Notes: generated from the letters alone by a model not told the origin. 16,701 nucleotides of DNA from Armatimonadia bacterium (GCA_039683575.1 JBDKRC010000339.1:1-16701), one strand, 5' to 3'. Positions 1 through 8,338 are shown, counted from the first letter of the stretch. Translations and numbers: made by a program.

Positions 1-119
1 GACAACGTCGTCGTAGAGCGAGGGCGCATGGGGCTGAGACTTGTGCTGCAAGCAGATCACCTCAACCAAGGATTCCCTTGAGACAAAACGATACCTGCTT
101 GCTGTTTTTCAGCGGCTAC
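1..119 (-). mobile_element. Putative left end of an insertion sequence (IS5/ISNCY-like), partial, interrupting the prepilin-type gene
   Basis: Sequence switches abruptly into the middle of the conserved prepilin motif at 120. Read on the minus strand from 119, it begins GTAGCCGCTGAAAAAC, resembling from memory the ...CTGAAAAA termini of IS5-like elements. About 90 nt later an ATG (29-27) opens MRPRSTTTL..., which runs off the window. Transposase body, other end and target duplication are not visible. Confidence 0.4.
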
Positions 120-728
120 ATCATCGCTATCCTCGCCGCCATACTTTTCCCCGTTTTCGCCAAAGCTCGCGAGAAGGCCCGCCAGTCGAGTTGTCTTTCC
201 AATCTCAAGCAGTTGACGCTCGCGTGCGTCAGCTACGCCCAGGACTACGACGAGCAACTTCCCTGGGAAGAGCTCGACACCAACGGCAACGGGACCTTTG
301 ACGCCGGGGACACGACCTGGCGATCCATGGTCTATCCATACACTCGCAACGCCCAGATCTTCTTCTGCCCGAGCGACCGCTCGCCCGCGGGCACGGCCTA
401 TACCGGCGGGGCAGGTGACTTCGGCACAGTCGCCGGCTACGCCATCAACGTCTCTCACTGGGACCCCGGCGCTCCCACACCACCCTCAGGTTCCTCGCTC
501 GGACAGGCCGAGGACGCCGCTTCGGTGATCCTCCTGTGGGAGACCGTGGGCACCCACAAAATCGGCCAGCAGTCCAACAGTCACGGCTACGTTCGCACTG
601 ACAACGCCGCCAAGCGCCACAACGACGGCCAGAACTGCGGCTTCATCGACGGCCACGCCAAGTGGCTCAAGCCCTCGGCGCTGTGCCCCGCCAGTGGCGA
701 TTGCCTGCTCAGCCTCGAAAAAGAGTAG
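120..728 (+). pseudogene. 5'-truncated prepilin-type N-terminal cleavage/methylation protein with DUF1559-like region and C-terminal H-X9-DG motif
   Basis: IIAILAAILFPVFAKAREKARQSSCLSNLKQL...YAQDYDE, FFCPSD and RHNDGQNCGFIDGHAKW (H-X9-DG) are hallmarks of the family. The expected upstream GFTLIELLVVIA is absent and replaced by unrelated MRQNDTCLLFFSGY (ORF track 78..728, TTG start). Stop TAG at 726-728. Confidence 0.8.
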
Positions 729-757
729 CGCCCTCGTTCGCCCCGATGCCACAAACC

Positions 758-791
758 AAACAGGCGCGGCCACCGTTGGCCGCGCCTGTTT
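758..791. terminator. Bidirectional intrinsic terminator
   Basis: Perfect 15-bp inverted repeat AAACAGGCGCGGCCA-ccgt-TGGCCGCGCCTGTTT between convergent stops (728 and 817), with T-rich tails on both strands. Confidence 0.9.
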
Positions 792-816
792 CTATACCGA
801 ATACCGCCCTCAGCCG

Positions 817-1902
817 CTACTTCAGCACTGACGGCACGCCATTCTCCCGTTCATACCTGCTGACGTGTTCCCGGAACAGCCGTGCGACACACGCCGTATT
901 GGGGTGCGTCGGGTCAAAGTAATCGCTTTCACTGCAGCCCATCTTCACGGGATCATACGATCCGACAATCTCGATGTGCTTGGTACTCGCGATAGACTTG
1001 AGGCGGGCTTCAACCTCAGTCATGCTCCGGAAGTCATCATCGGCCAGCATACCCCTGTACTGGTCCGGACGATATGGCGCCAGCAGGAAGACAACCCTTA
1101 TCTTCCGTTTCTGAAGATAGTCCACGAATGCCTCCAGTTCTGCCACCGCCTCAGGATCGATCTTGCCGAACGGCGCTAACACAGACTTGTACCCTCTGCG
1201 TTCCGCCGCCGTCTGCTTGGCCTGGCGCTTCTTCTCGTAGCTCAGAGAGCCATCGCTCAGCTTTATCACAACGTTGCCCTGTTCCAGCTTCGTCTCATAC
1301 AAAGGTCGGGGTTTGGCAAGATGCGCCACCGACGACTGGAGGTAGGCCGGCGAGAACAACTGGAAGTACCGTCGCGCTGCCCCATCAAGGCGGTGGCTCA
1401 GCGTCTGTGGCTGAGCAGGCAGCCCCAGACGCTGTCTGCCTGCCTGGTACTCCGCATCGATGGGGAACAGGCGATCAAGCCGCTTGTTGGTTCGATCAAA
1501 TACCCAGGGGTCGAGCCCCAGTACCACCATTGACGGCTCCAGGTTCTTCGCCGCGTACATCTCGTAGACGGCAATGTAGTCCCTGAGGCTGGCCTGGGTG
1601 ATACTGCTGTTGAAGACGCGCTTCCCCGGGAACAGCGACGCCCGGACCTGCATCGCCCGGCTGGACCCCAGAATGACGACGTCCTTACTCTCGGACAGCC
1701 CGTTGACATAGTGCCGCTGTAGCAGCCGCCCGTCGTAGTTGCCGGCATTGGCAACATTACTGCCCTTCAGGAGGAACTGAGCCACAGTGCGCGTGTACTC
1801 AGAAGCACGGAAGATGTGTGCCGGATCTGCCTTGTAGTTGGCGGCCGCCATCCCCACTAACAGCGGCAGGCACAGAAACAACTTGCCCACAACACGTTTC
1901 AC
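817..1902 (-). CDS. Membrane-anchored SGNH-like O-acyltransferase (DltD/AlgJ-like partner of MBOAT)
   Basis: 361 aa. GTG start with GAGGTG RBS, N-terminal hydrophobic anchor, VILGSSRA (catalytic Ser block) and C-terminal FDPTH (DxxH). Directly downstream of the MBOAT gene. Confidence 0.75.
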   Translation of the reverse strand: MKRVVGKLFLCLPLLVGMAAANYKADPAHIFRASEYTRTVAQFLLKGSNVANAGNYDGRLLQRHYVNGLSESKDVVILGSSRAMQVRASLFPGKRVFNSSITQASLRDYIAVYEMYAAKNLEPSMVVLGLDPWVFDRTNKRLDRLFPIDAEYQAGRQRLGLPAQPQTLSHRLDGAARRYFQLFSPAYLQSSVAHLAKPRPLYETKLEQGNVVIKLSDGSLSYEKKRQAKQTAAERRGYKSVLAPFGKIDPEAVAELEAFVDYLQKRKIRVVFLLAPYRPDQYRGMLADDDFRSMTEVEARLKSIASTKHIEIVGSYDPVKMGCSESDYFDPTHPNTACVARLFREHVSRYERENGVPSVLK

Positions 1903-1925
1903 CCGGAGATCACCTCGTCCGGCGC

Positions 1926-3425
1926 TCAGAATTTGAAGTAGATGAACGACGACTGGCCAAAATTACCGAGAGCAATGATGAACGCACCCAGTGCATAGTA
2001 CGCGGCCCATCGGACCAGGACCGGCTGCTCAGCCAGCGGCCGGCGGTTCTGGGGACGGTCCATCGCCTGCAGCGCCAGCATGAAGCAGCCCGCCACGATG
2101 AGCGTCGGCAGCGCGAACTTGTCCAGCCCCGGGAAGAGCGCCACATACGCGTGCTTGACTATCGCCACCGGGGACATGCTGGCGAATATCCCCGCCACCT
2201 GCCCCGGAAGCCCGCTGAACAGGTGAGTGACGACATACAGCGCGTCAGACATGCCGTCCGCTCTGAAGAAGATCCACGCCAGACACACCAGGTTGAACGT
2301 CGCCACGATCTGCCACACCCGCAGCGCTCGCGTCTTCTCCAGCTTCAGCGAGCGGTAGAGCTTCTTCAGATACGGCGCCGCTATCACCGAGGCGATCATG
2401 TAGCCCCCGTGCAGCACACCCCAGGCCACGTAATGCCAGTTCGCGCCATGCCACAGCCCCGAGACGAAGAAGGTGGCAAACAACGCAATCACCGTGCCAA
2501 CGATCCGGTACTGCCGGAGGTACGTCTGCACGGGCTTGAAGATGTAATCCAGAATCCACCGCGAGAAAGTGATGTGCCAGCGCCGCCAGAAGTCAGGGAC
2601 GCTGGTCGCCAGATATGGGCTGTTGAAGTTGTTGGTCAGCTTGATGCCGAAGAGCTGCGCCACTCCCAGGGCCATGTCGGTATAACCCGAAAAGTCAAAG
2701 AAGATCTGGAAGGCATAGGCATAGGTCCCTATGATCAGCGGCAGCCCCGAGTAGGAGTGGACGTCCAGGTAGATGGGGTCCGCTATCATCGCAAAACGGT
2801 CGGCCAGGATCAGCTTCTTGAACAGCCCTATGCCCAGTAGCAGCAGCCCCGAGCGGATTGCGTCGTATGAAAACTCGTACTTGCGATGCAATTGCGGCAG
2901 CAGGTCCCCCGCCCGCTCGATTGGCCCCTGCATGAGCTTGGGGAAGAAGCTGATGTACAGCGCAAAGTACCCCAGATGCGTCTCAGGCTCCTGGACCTCC
3001 AGGTAGACGTCGCTCAGGTACGATATCGCCTGAAAGACATAGAAGGAGACGCCGACCGAAATCAGGGCATGCGGCACGGGTATTGCTGCGTCGAGCCCCA
3101 GCGACTTCAGGAGCAGGTTGGCGTTCATAGTCAGGAACGGCAGATACCTGGCATACACCAACACCAGCAGGCTGGCGGCAACCCCTGTCCAAAACAGCAG
3201 CCGCTTCCTCGGTTCCCCCTCGGCCCGCTGGATGCCCAGACCGAAGTAGTACGCCGTGATGGAGACAAAAGCCAGCGCGACCAATAGGTGCGGAGCCTTG
3301 AGCACCGCGTAGAAGGCCACGCTGGCCGCAAGCAGCACCATCCATCGCCGGCTGTCCCTGGCGAAGTAGAAGGCAAAGAACGCCAATGGCAGAAAGTACA
3401 GAAAACTGGCCGAGTTAAAGACCAT
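1926..3425 (-). CDS. MBOAT family O-acyltransferase (AlgI/DltB-like)
   Basis: 499 aa polytopic membrane protein with SFYVFQAISY, FFPKLMQGPI, DFSGYTDMA, FWRRWHITFSRW, SGLWHGA (catalytic His) and terminal FIYFKF. AGGAG RBS. Confidence 0.95.
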   Translation of the reverse strand: MVFNSASFLYFLPLAFFAFYFARDSRRWMVLLAASVAFYAVLKAPHLLVALAFVSITAYYFGLGIQRAEGEPRKRLLFWTGVAASLLVLVYARYLPFLTMNANLLLKSLGLDAAIPVPHALISVGVSFYVFQAISYLSDVYLEVQEPETHLGYFALYISFFPKLMQGPIERAGDLLPQLHRKYEFSYDAIRSGLLLLGIGLFKKLILADRFAMIADPIYLDVHSYSGLPLIIGTYAYAFQIFFDFSGYTDMALGVAQLFGIKLTNNFNSPYLATSVPDFWRRWHITFSRWILDYIFKPVQTYLRQYRIVGTVIALFATFFVSGLWHGANWHYVAWGVLHGGYMIASVIAAPYLKKLYRSLKLEKTRALRVWQIVATFNLVCLAWIFFRADGMSDALYVVTHLFSGLPGQVAGIFASMSPVAIVKHAYVALFPGLDKFALPTLIVAGCFMLALQAMDRPQNRRPLAEQPVLVRWAAYYALGAFIIALGNFGQSSFIYFKF

Positions 3426-3442
3426 GCGCTACGCTCCTGCGT

Positions 3443-3679
3443 TTATCCCTGCGTCTTGCTCTCGATGCATTTCATCATGTCCCCGACGTTCTTGAACCCG
3501 AGTATTTCCTTCGGGGTGAACTTGATCCGGAACTTGCTCTCCACCGCCAGGATCACGTTGATGTGCGACAGCGAGTCCCACCCGTCCACGTCATCGGCCG
3601 TCATCTCCGGGGTGGCCACAATCGAGTCATCCTCAAACACCTCGCACAACACCCCGCTCAACGTCTCTGCTGTAGTCAT
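3443..3679 (-). CDS. Acyl carrier protein
   Basis: 78 aa, acidic, with GWDSLSH phosphopantetheine-Ser motif. ATG overlaps the ligase stop (TGATG), with GGAGG 7 nt upstream. The ORF track uses GTG at 3682. Confidence 0.93.
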   Translation of the reverse strand: MTTAETLSGVLCEVFEDDSIVATPEMTADDVDGWDSLSHINVILAVESKFRIKFTPKEILGFKNVGDMMKCIESKTQG

Positions 3680-5313
3680 CACTCAGCCTCCAAAGTCGAA
3701 AGATCGCCGGGATCCTGCCCCAGATACTGCGCCTTCAGCACTCGCCGCATGATTTTGCCGCTCTTGTTCTTGGGAACCGCGTCCACCACCCGAAGCTCCT
3801 GCGGCGTGGCGATCGAGGACACCTTGTTCGCCAGATAAAGGCGGATTTTCAGCTCCAACTCGTCGTTCCACTCATAGCCTTCATTCAGGCAGACGAAGGC
3901 CACCACTTTCTCAAACAACAGATCGTCAGGGGCCCCTATCACGCCCGATTCGGCGATCTCCTCTATCTCCAGCAGCGCGCTCTCGATCTCAAACGGGCTG
4001 ATCAAATGCCCTGCGGTATTGATTACATCATCGCTGCGCCCCACGAACCAGAAGTACCCCTCGTCATCCTGGTACGCGGTATCCCCCGAGTCGTAGTAGT
4101 CGTTCGCAAACTTCTTCTGGTAAGCGGCCTCGTTGTTCAGGTAGGTGACGAACATCGACGGCCACCCGGGTCTGAGGCTCAGGTGCCCCACCGCCTTGAC
4201 CGGTGCCTGGGCCCCTCCCTCGTCAATCACCGCAGCCTCAATTCCAGTGACTGGCTTGCCCATGGACCCCGGCTTGATCGGCAGCCCCGGTCGGTTTGAC
4301 ACCATGATGCTGCCGGTCTCGGTCTGGAACCACGTGTCGTAGACATCCCTGTCCAGTACCCGCCGTGACCACTGGATCACTTCCGGGTTCAGCGGCTCGC
4401 CCACGCTGAAGATATGCCGCAACGAAGAAAGATCAAAGCCCCGGAAAAGCTCCGGATCCTCCTTCATGAGCATCCGCAGTGCCGTCGGCGCCGAATACCA
4501 GACGTTGACCTTCTCCTGCTCGAGGATCCTGAACCACATCTCCGCGTCATAGCCCCCCGCAAAGTGTACCTGCGTAACCCCCAGGCTCCACGGTGCGATG
4601 ATCCCATACGACGTGCCCGTTACCCAGCCCTGGTCTGCGGTGCACCAATACACATCATCTTCGCCCAGCCCCAGTACCTCCGCCCCCGTCGCGCGTTGCG
4701 AAAGCACGCTCCGGTGGACATGCACGACGCCCTTAGGCTTCCCGGTGGAGCCGGAGGTATAGTGCAGAACTGACGGGGTATCGGGCGGGGTCAGCGGCGC
4801 TTCGAACTCCGACGAGGCAGCTTCCATGAGTCGTCCGTAGCTGAGCACGGTCTCCGACTCATGTTCTGGTATGTCCACAACGATGATGTGTGTCAGAGAG
4901 GGCAACTGCGACAGAATGGGCCGCACGCGCTTCAGCAGGCTCTTCTTGGTGATCAGGCACTTTGCCTTCGAGTCCCCGAGCCGGTCCAGCAGCGCTTCCG
5001 GCCCGAAATTGGCGAACAAAGTCCCCGCAATGCCCTGCATCTTGAGAATGCCCAGGAACGCAAAGAACTGCTGGGGCATCTTCGGCAGCAGCGTGAAACA
5101 GATATCGCCGGCGCCGATGCCAAGACCCAGCAGCACATTGGCAAACCTACTCGATTCCCGCTCCAGGTCGGCGAACGAGTAGTCGGTCCTCTCAAGCGAG
5201 CCCGTAAGCCAGCGCAAGGCGACTTTGTCCCCTCTACCAGCCTCGCAGTGCTGTCGCGTGCAGATATCGGCAATGTTGAATTGCTGTGGTGCCCGGGTGA
5301 GGCTGGCGGTCAT
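3679..5313 (-). CDS. AMP-forming acyl ligase, acetyl-CoA synthetase (AcsA)-like; probable acyl-ACP loader
   Basis: 544 aa from ATG 5313. YTSGSTGKPKG (A3), ADQGWVTGTSY, SVGEPLNPE, DTWFQTETG, GRSDDVI and PKNKSGKIMRR (A10 Lys). The ORF-track start at 5397 falls inside the predicted promoter. Confidence 0.9.
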   Translation of the reverse strand: MTASLTRAPQQFNIADICTRQHCEAGRGDKVALRWLTGSLERTDYSFADLERESSRFANVLLGLGIGAGDICFTLLPKMPQQFFAFLGILKMQGIAGTLFANFGPEALLDRLGDSKAKCLITKKSLLKRVRPILSQLPSLTHIIVVDIPEHESETVLSYGRLMEAASSEFEAPLTPPDTPSVLHYTSGSTGKPKGVVHVHRSVLSQRATGAEVLGLGEDDVYWCTADQGWVTGTSYGIIAPWSLGVTQVHFAGGYDAEMWFRILEQEKVNVWYSAPTALRMLMKEDPELFRGFDLSSLRHIFSVGEPLNPEVIQWSRRVLDRDVYDTWFQTETGSIMVSNRPGLPIKPGSMGKPVTGIEAAVIDEGGAQAPVKAVGHLSLRPGWPSMFVTYLNNEAAYQKKFANDYYDSGDTAYQDDEGYFWFVGRSDDVINTAGHLISPFEIESALLEIEEIAESGVIGAPDDLLFEKVVAFVCLNEGYEWNDELELKIRLYLANKVSSIATPQELRVVDAVPKNKSGKIMRRVLKAQYLGQDPGDLSTLEAE

Positions 5314-5384
5314 ACTCTGAACCTTGACTGGGGACTCTGCCTGAGAAGTGGTCCAGCCTCCAGGCTGGCAGTTTCGTACTGGGT

Positions 5385-5413
5385 ATGGTAGTGACACAAT
5401 CTGCCGACGTCAA
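5385..5413 (-). promoter_or_regulatory. Sigma70-type promoter of the ligase-ACP-MBOAT-SGNH operon
   Basis: Minus strand TTGACG (5413-5408), 17-nt spacer, TACCAT (5390-5385), about 70 nt upstream of ATG 5313. Confidence 0.7.
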
Positions 5414-5530
5414 CCATTTCCTGCCCGCGCCGGTTTCACTGACCTTTTCGGCCTGCAAATCACCCGCCTGGGAAGGATCGCGGGCGGCCAAGGAGAAGTC
5501 GGTACCACGACCATCACGGAGGCCACGACC

Positions 5531-8083
5531 ATGAGCCGCGCAATTCGCAGCATCCTGATCGCATGTCTGATCTGCAGCCTCTCCCCGCTCGCACACGCCG
5601 CAGTGCCGGTATACAGGGTGCCGTCGCAGCCTGCGGCCACCTTGGCCGACCTGCCTGCGGACCAGATAATGACCGGCTTCGCCAATGAAGTCGGCAAGCC
5701 TGCACCCGTCCAGACCCGGGCGGCGGCCTTCATAAAGGGCGGCAGCCTCGTATTCATTGTCGAGTGCCTCGAGCCCCAGATGAAGAACCTCGTCGCCAAG
5801 TGCCAGCAGGACGACGAGGGCGCCATCTTCGCCGACGACTGCATCGAACTCTTCCTCAGTCCCGGCGGCGAACCCGGCGACTACTACCACTTCGCCACCA
5901 ACGCCCTCGGCGCCCGCTACGATGAAAAGGGCCGCGGCAACCCCACCTGGGATGGCAAGTGGACCTCCAAGGTCACCCGCGGCGCCGACCGCTGGACCGT
6001 CGAGCTAGACCTGCCGCTAGCCACCCTCGGCCGCGCGCCCCGCCCCGGCAGCGTCTGGTGGCTCAACCTCTGCCGCCAGCGCCAGCCTGGTGGACTGCAA
6101 CTCAGCGCGTGGTCGCCCACCCAGTCCGACTTCCACAACTCCCAGCGCTTCGGCGCGATGATCTTCGACGACGCCTGCGTCAGTTACCTGGCCCCCCACT
6201 ACCTCGCGCCCTTCGACCGCAAAGCCGCCGAGCTGCGGCAACGCGCCCGCCTTCGTCCCGGCGCGGCCCGCCGCCTCGAAGCCGCCCTGGCCCCGGCCGA
6301 GACGGCCCTGCAGCCCCTGCGCAGCCCTGTTGCCAGGCCGGTCTCCGCTGCAGCCTTCGGCACCCTTCTCAGCGCCGGCCAGCAGGCTCTCAAGCATCTT
6401 GAGAGCGCTGAAAGCGACCTGAACGACGCCGTCGCCGGTCTCGAAGTCTCCCGGCTCATGGCCAGGCTGGCCCCCTCCGGCAAAGAGCTTCTCGCCTGGG
6501 TCACCCCGGCCATCACCAACAACAAAATCCTGCCCACCCCCAGGCCACCCGCCAAAGTCTCCCGCCAGCTCTCCCTGCGCGCCTGCCGCGGCGAATACGA
6601 ACCCGCCTCCTTCGTGGTCTACCCCCTCCGCAAGGCCGTCCGCCTCGAACTCAGGGTCTCCAACCTTCGCGGCCCGCAGGGCGCTATCAAAGCCAGCGCC
6701 GTGGACGTCCGTTCGGTCAAATGCTGGTACCAGTCCGGAGGCGCCGACCGCTTCCCCTTCAACAAGGGCCTGCATCTGCTCACACCCGAACTCCTGCTCA
6801 AGGACGACGACCTGATCCGCCTTGACGAGGTCACCAAGCAGGACTTCGTGAAGCTGAGCTACCCCGACGGGACTAGCAAGTACCTGTGCATCAGCAACCC
6901 GGAGGGCACCCCCGAGGAGAAAGATGGGTCCGTCCAGGCCATGCCCATCCGTGACGCGGCCACCCTCCAGCCCGTCACCATCCGCCCTCGCACCGCCAAG
7001 CAATTCTGGGTCACCGTCAAGGTCCCCGGCGACGCCAGGCCCGGCAAGTACCAGGGCAAGATCGAGCTTTCCTCCGCCAATCAGGTGCTCGAGACCCTTC
7101 CGGTCACCGTCGAGGTCCTCCCCTTCGACCTCCAGCCTAACCCCCTCGAGTCCAGCGTCTACTTCCACTGGGGCATCACGCTGGACATGGAGGGGCAGGG
7201 CACGCTCAAAATCGGCAAGCGCAGTCCCGCGCAGTTCAAAGCGGAGCTTCAGAACCTCCTCGAGCACGGCGTAGACAACCCCACCATCGGCGTTCCCTAC
7301 AAGACCGGCCTGCTCGAGCAGGAGCTCAAACTCCGCCAGGAAGTCGGGATGCGTAACGACCGCTTCTATTACCTGGTCGGCAACACCTGGGCCCCCCTGA
7401 CCGAGGTCAAAGACATCATCGAACTCGCCAAGCGCTACGGCTTCAAGGAGTATTACTTCTACGGCCGCGATGAAGCCCAGGGCGACGAGCTGAAGGCCCA
7501 GCGCAAGCAGTGGGAAGACATCCACTCCGTCGGGGGCAAGGTCTTCGTCGCCGGCTCCCCCGGCAAAAGCTTCCCCCTCGTCGGCGACCTGCAGGACCTT
7601 CTCGTCTGCTACGGCGACCCCACCCGCGAGGAAGCCGCCCTCTGGCATGGCAATGGCCACAAGATCTTCTGCTACGCCAACCCTCAATCCGGCATCGAGG
7701 ACCCCGAAACCTACCGCCGCAATTACGGCCTCCTCCTCGCCGTGAACAACTACGACGGCGGCATGACTTACATCTACTACTCCGGCTGGAACGACTACAG
7801 TATCGGCCGCTACCGCCAGCATGACTTCGTCTACCCGACCGCTGACGGCGTCATCGACACCGTGCAATGGGAAGGCTACCGCGAGGGCATCGACGACCTC
7901 CGCTACCTCGGCACCCTCCGCCACGCCATCGCCGCCGCCACCACCGCAGGTGGCCCCGCCGCCGCCGAGGCAAAGCGCGCGCAAGCCTACCTCGACACGC
8001 TCGATGTGAAGGGCGACCTGTACGCAGTCCGGGACAACATGATCAGCCGCATCATCCGCCTGCAGGCGCTGGCGGCGAAGTAG
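5531..8083 (+). CDS. Secreted putative glycoside hydrolase: CBM9-like N-terminal domain plus GH123/DUF4091-like catalytic region
   Basis: 850 aa from ATG 5531 (GGAGG at 5518-5522). Signal peptide MSRAIRSILIACLICSLSPLAHA. DDCIELFLSP...YYHFATNALGARYD (CBM9-like), RGEYEPASF, YGRDEA (adjacent DE pair) and WEGYREGIDDLRYLGTL (DUF4091-like). Confidence 0.75.
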   Translation: MSRAIRSILIACLICSLSPLAHAAVPVYRVPSQPAATLADLPADQIMTGFANEVGKPAPVQTRAAAFIKGGSLVFIVECLEPQMKNLVAKCQQDDEGAIFADDCIELFLSPGGEPGDYYHFATNALGARYDEKGRGNPTWDGKWTSKVTRGADRWTVELDLPLATLGRAPRPGSVWWLNLCRQRQPGGLQLSAWSPTQSDFHNSQRFGAMIFDDACVSYLAPHYLAPFDRKAAELRQRARLRPGAARRLEAALAPAETALQPLRSPVARPVSAAAFGTLLSAGQQALKHLESAESDLNDAVAGLEVSRLMARLAPSGKELLAWVTPAITNNKILPTPRPPAKVSRQLSLRACRGEYEPASFVVYPLRKAVRLELRVSNLRGPQGAIKASAVDVRSVKCWYQSGGADRFPFNKGLHLLTPELLLKDDDLIRLDEVTKQDFVKLSYPDGTSKYLCISNPEGTPEEKDGSVQAMPIRDAATLQPVTIRPRTAKQFWVTVKVPGDARPGKYQGKIELSSANQVLETLPVTVEVLPFDLQPNPLESSVYFHWGITLDMEGQGTLKIGKRSPAQFKAELQNLLEHGVDNPTIGVPYKTGLLEQELKLRQEVGMRNDRFYYLVGNTWAPLTEVKDIIELAKRYGFKEYYFYGRDEAQGDELKAQRKQWEDIHSVGGKVFVAGSPGKSFPLVGDLQDLLVCYGDPTREEAALWHGNGHKIFCYANPQSGIEDPETYRRNYGLLLAVNNYDGGMTYIYYSGWNDYSIGRYRQHDFVYPTADGVIDTVQWEGYREGIDDLRYLGTLRHAIAAATTAGGPAAAEAKRAQAYLDTLDVKGDLYAVRDNMISRIIRLQALAAK

Positions 8084-8297
8084 ATACGTGTCAATCGGCG
8101 GGCCTCTGTTTTCACCGTTCTCGGTAGTGAGTCAGTTTGGATTGTGACGAAATGTGGACGGTCCGGCTGGCCAGGGACGGCTGAGACGAGGCCAAATCCG
8201 GGTGCGTGTCAAAATGAAAGAGCGTTGAAGAAGGTGTCGGCCGCACGCCGATGGAATCATCCTCTCCGCGCTGGGCCACATTGCCCGCGCTAAGCGC

Positions 8298-8328
8298 GTT
8301 TGTTCTGCCGCAGAACCAACTGTATTAA
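8298..8328 (+). promoter_or_regulatory. Candidate promoter with overlapping palindromic operator for the kinase-STAS-PIN cassette
   Basis: TTGTTC (8300-8305), 17 nt, TATTAA (8323-8328). Palindrome GTT-t-GTTCTGC-c-GCAGAAC-c-AAC (8298-8320) covers the -35 and spacer. Confidence 0.5.
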
Positions 8329-8338
8329 GAAAGCCGGC

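Noticed and set aside
1-119. Group II intron 3' end (segment ends in AC at the junction)
   Set aside because: No domain V (RAGC...GNRA...AC bulge) or domain VI hairpin is visible upstream of the junction.
811-820. CAGCCGCTAC resembling CAGCGGCTAC at 110-119
   Set aside because: Only 9/10 nt, GC-rich and partly formed by the stop codon of the SGNH gene; likely chance.
817-5313. Calling the operon dltABCD (D-alanylation) or the ligase a housekeeping acs
   Set aside because: The ligase has ACS-type rather than DltA-type pocket motifs, while its coupling to an ACP and MBOAT argues against a simple acetate-scavenging role.
5313-5531. ORF-track starts at 5397 (ligase) and 5348 (glycosidase), which would make the genes overlap
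   Set aside because: ATG 5313 (downstream of a good promoter) and ATG 5531 (GGAGG plus signal peptide) are better starts; the extensions look non-coding.
5505-5532. 10-bp direct repeat CCACGACCAT flanking the RBS of the glycosidase
   Set aside because: Only two short copies with no associated element; no function can be supported.
6017-7984. 655-aa antisense ORF, plus many other overlapping ORFs such as 1818..2840 and 15121..16044
   Set aside because: Shadow frames of high-GC genes with strong codon bias; no recognisable motifs, and the opposite strand encodes clear proteins.
8245-8300. Fluoride (crcB) riboswitch-like start GCCGATGGAATC followed by a hairpin and GCTAA
   Set aside because: P1 complement (TCGCC-like) and the TGA...CTAC pseudoknot strand are missing.
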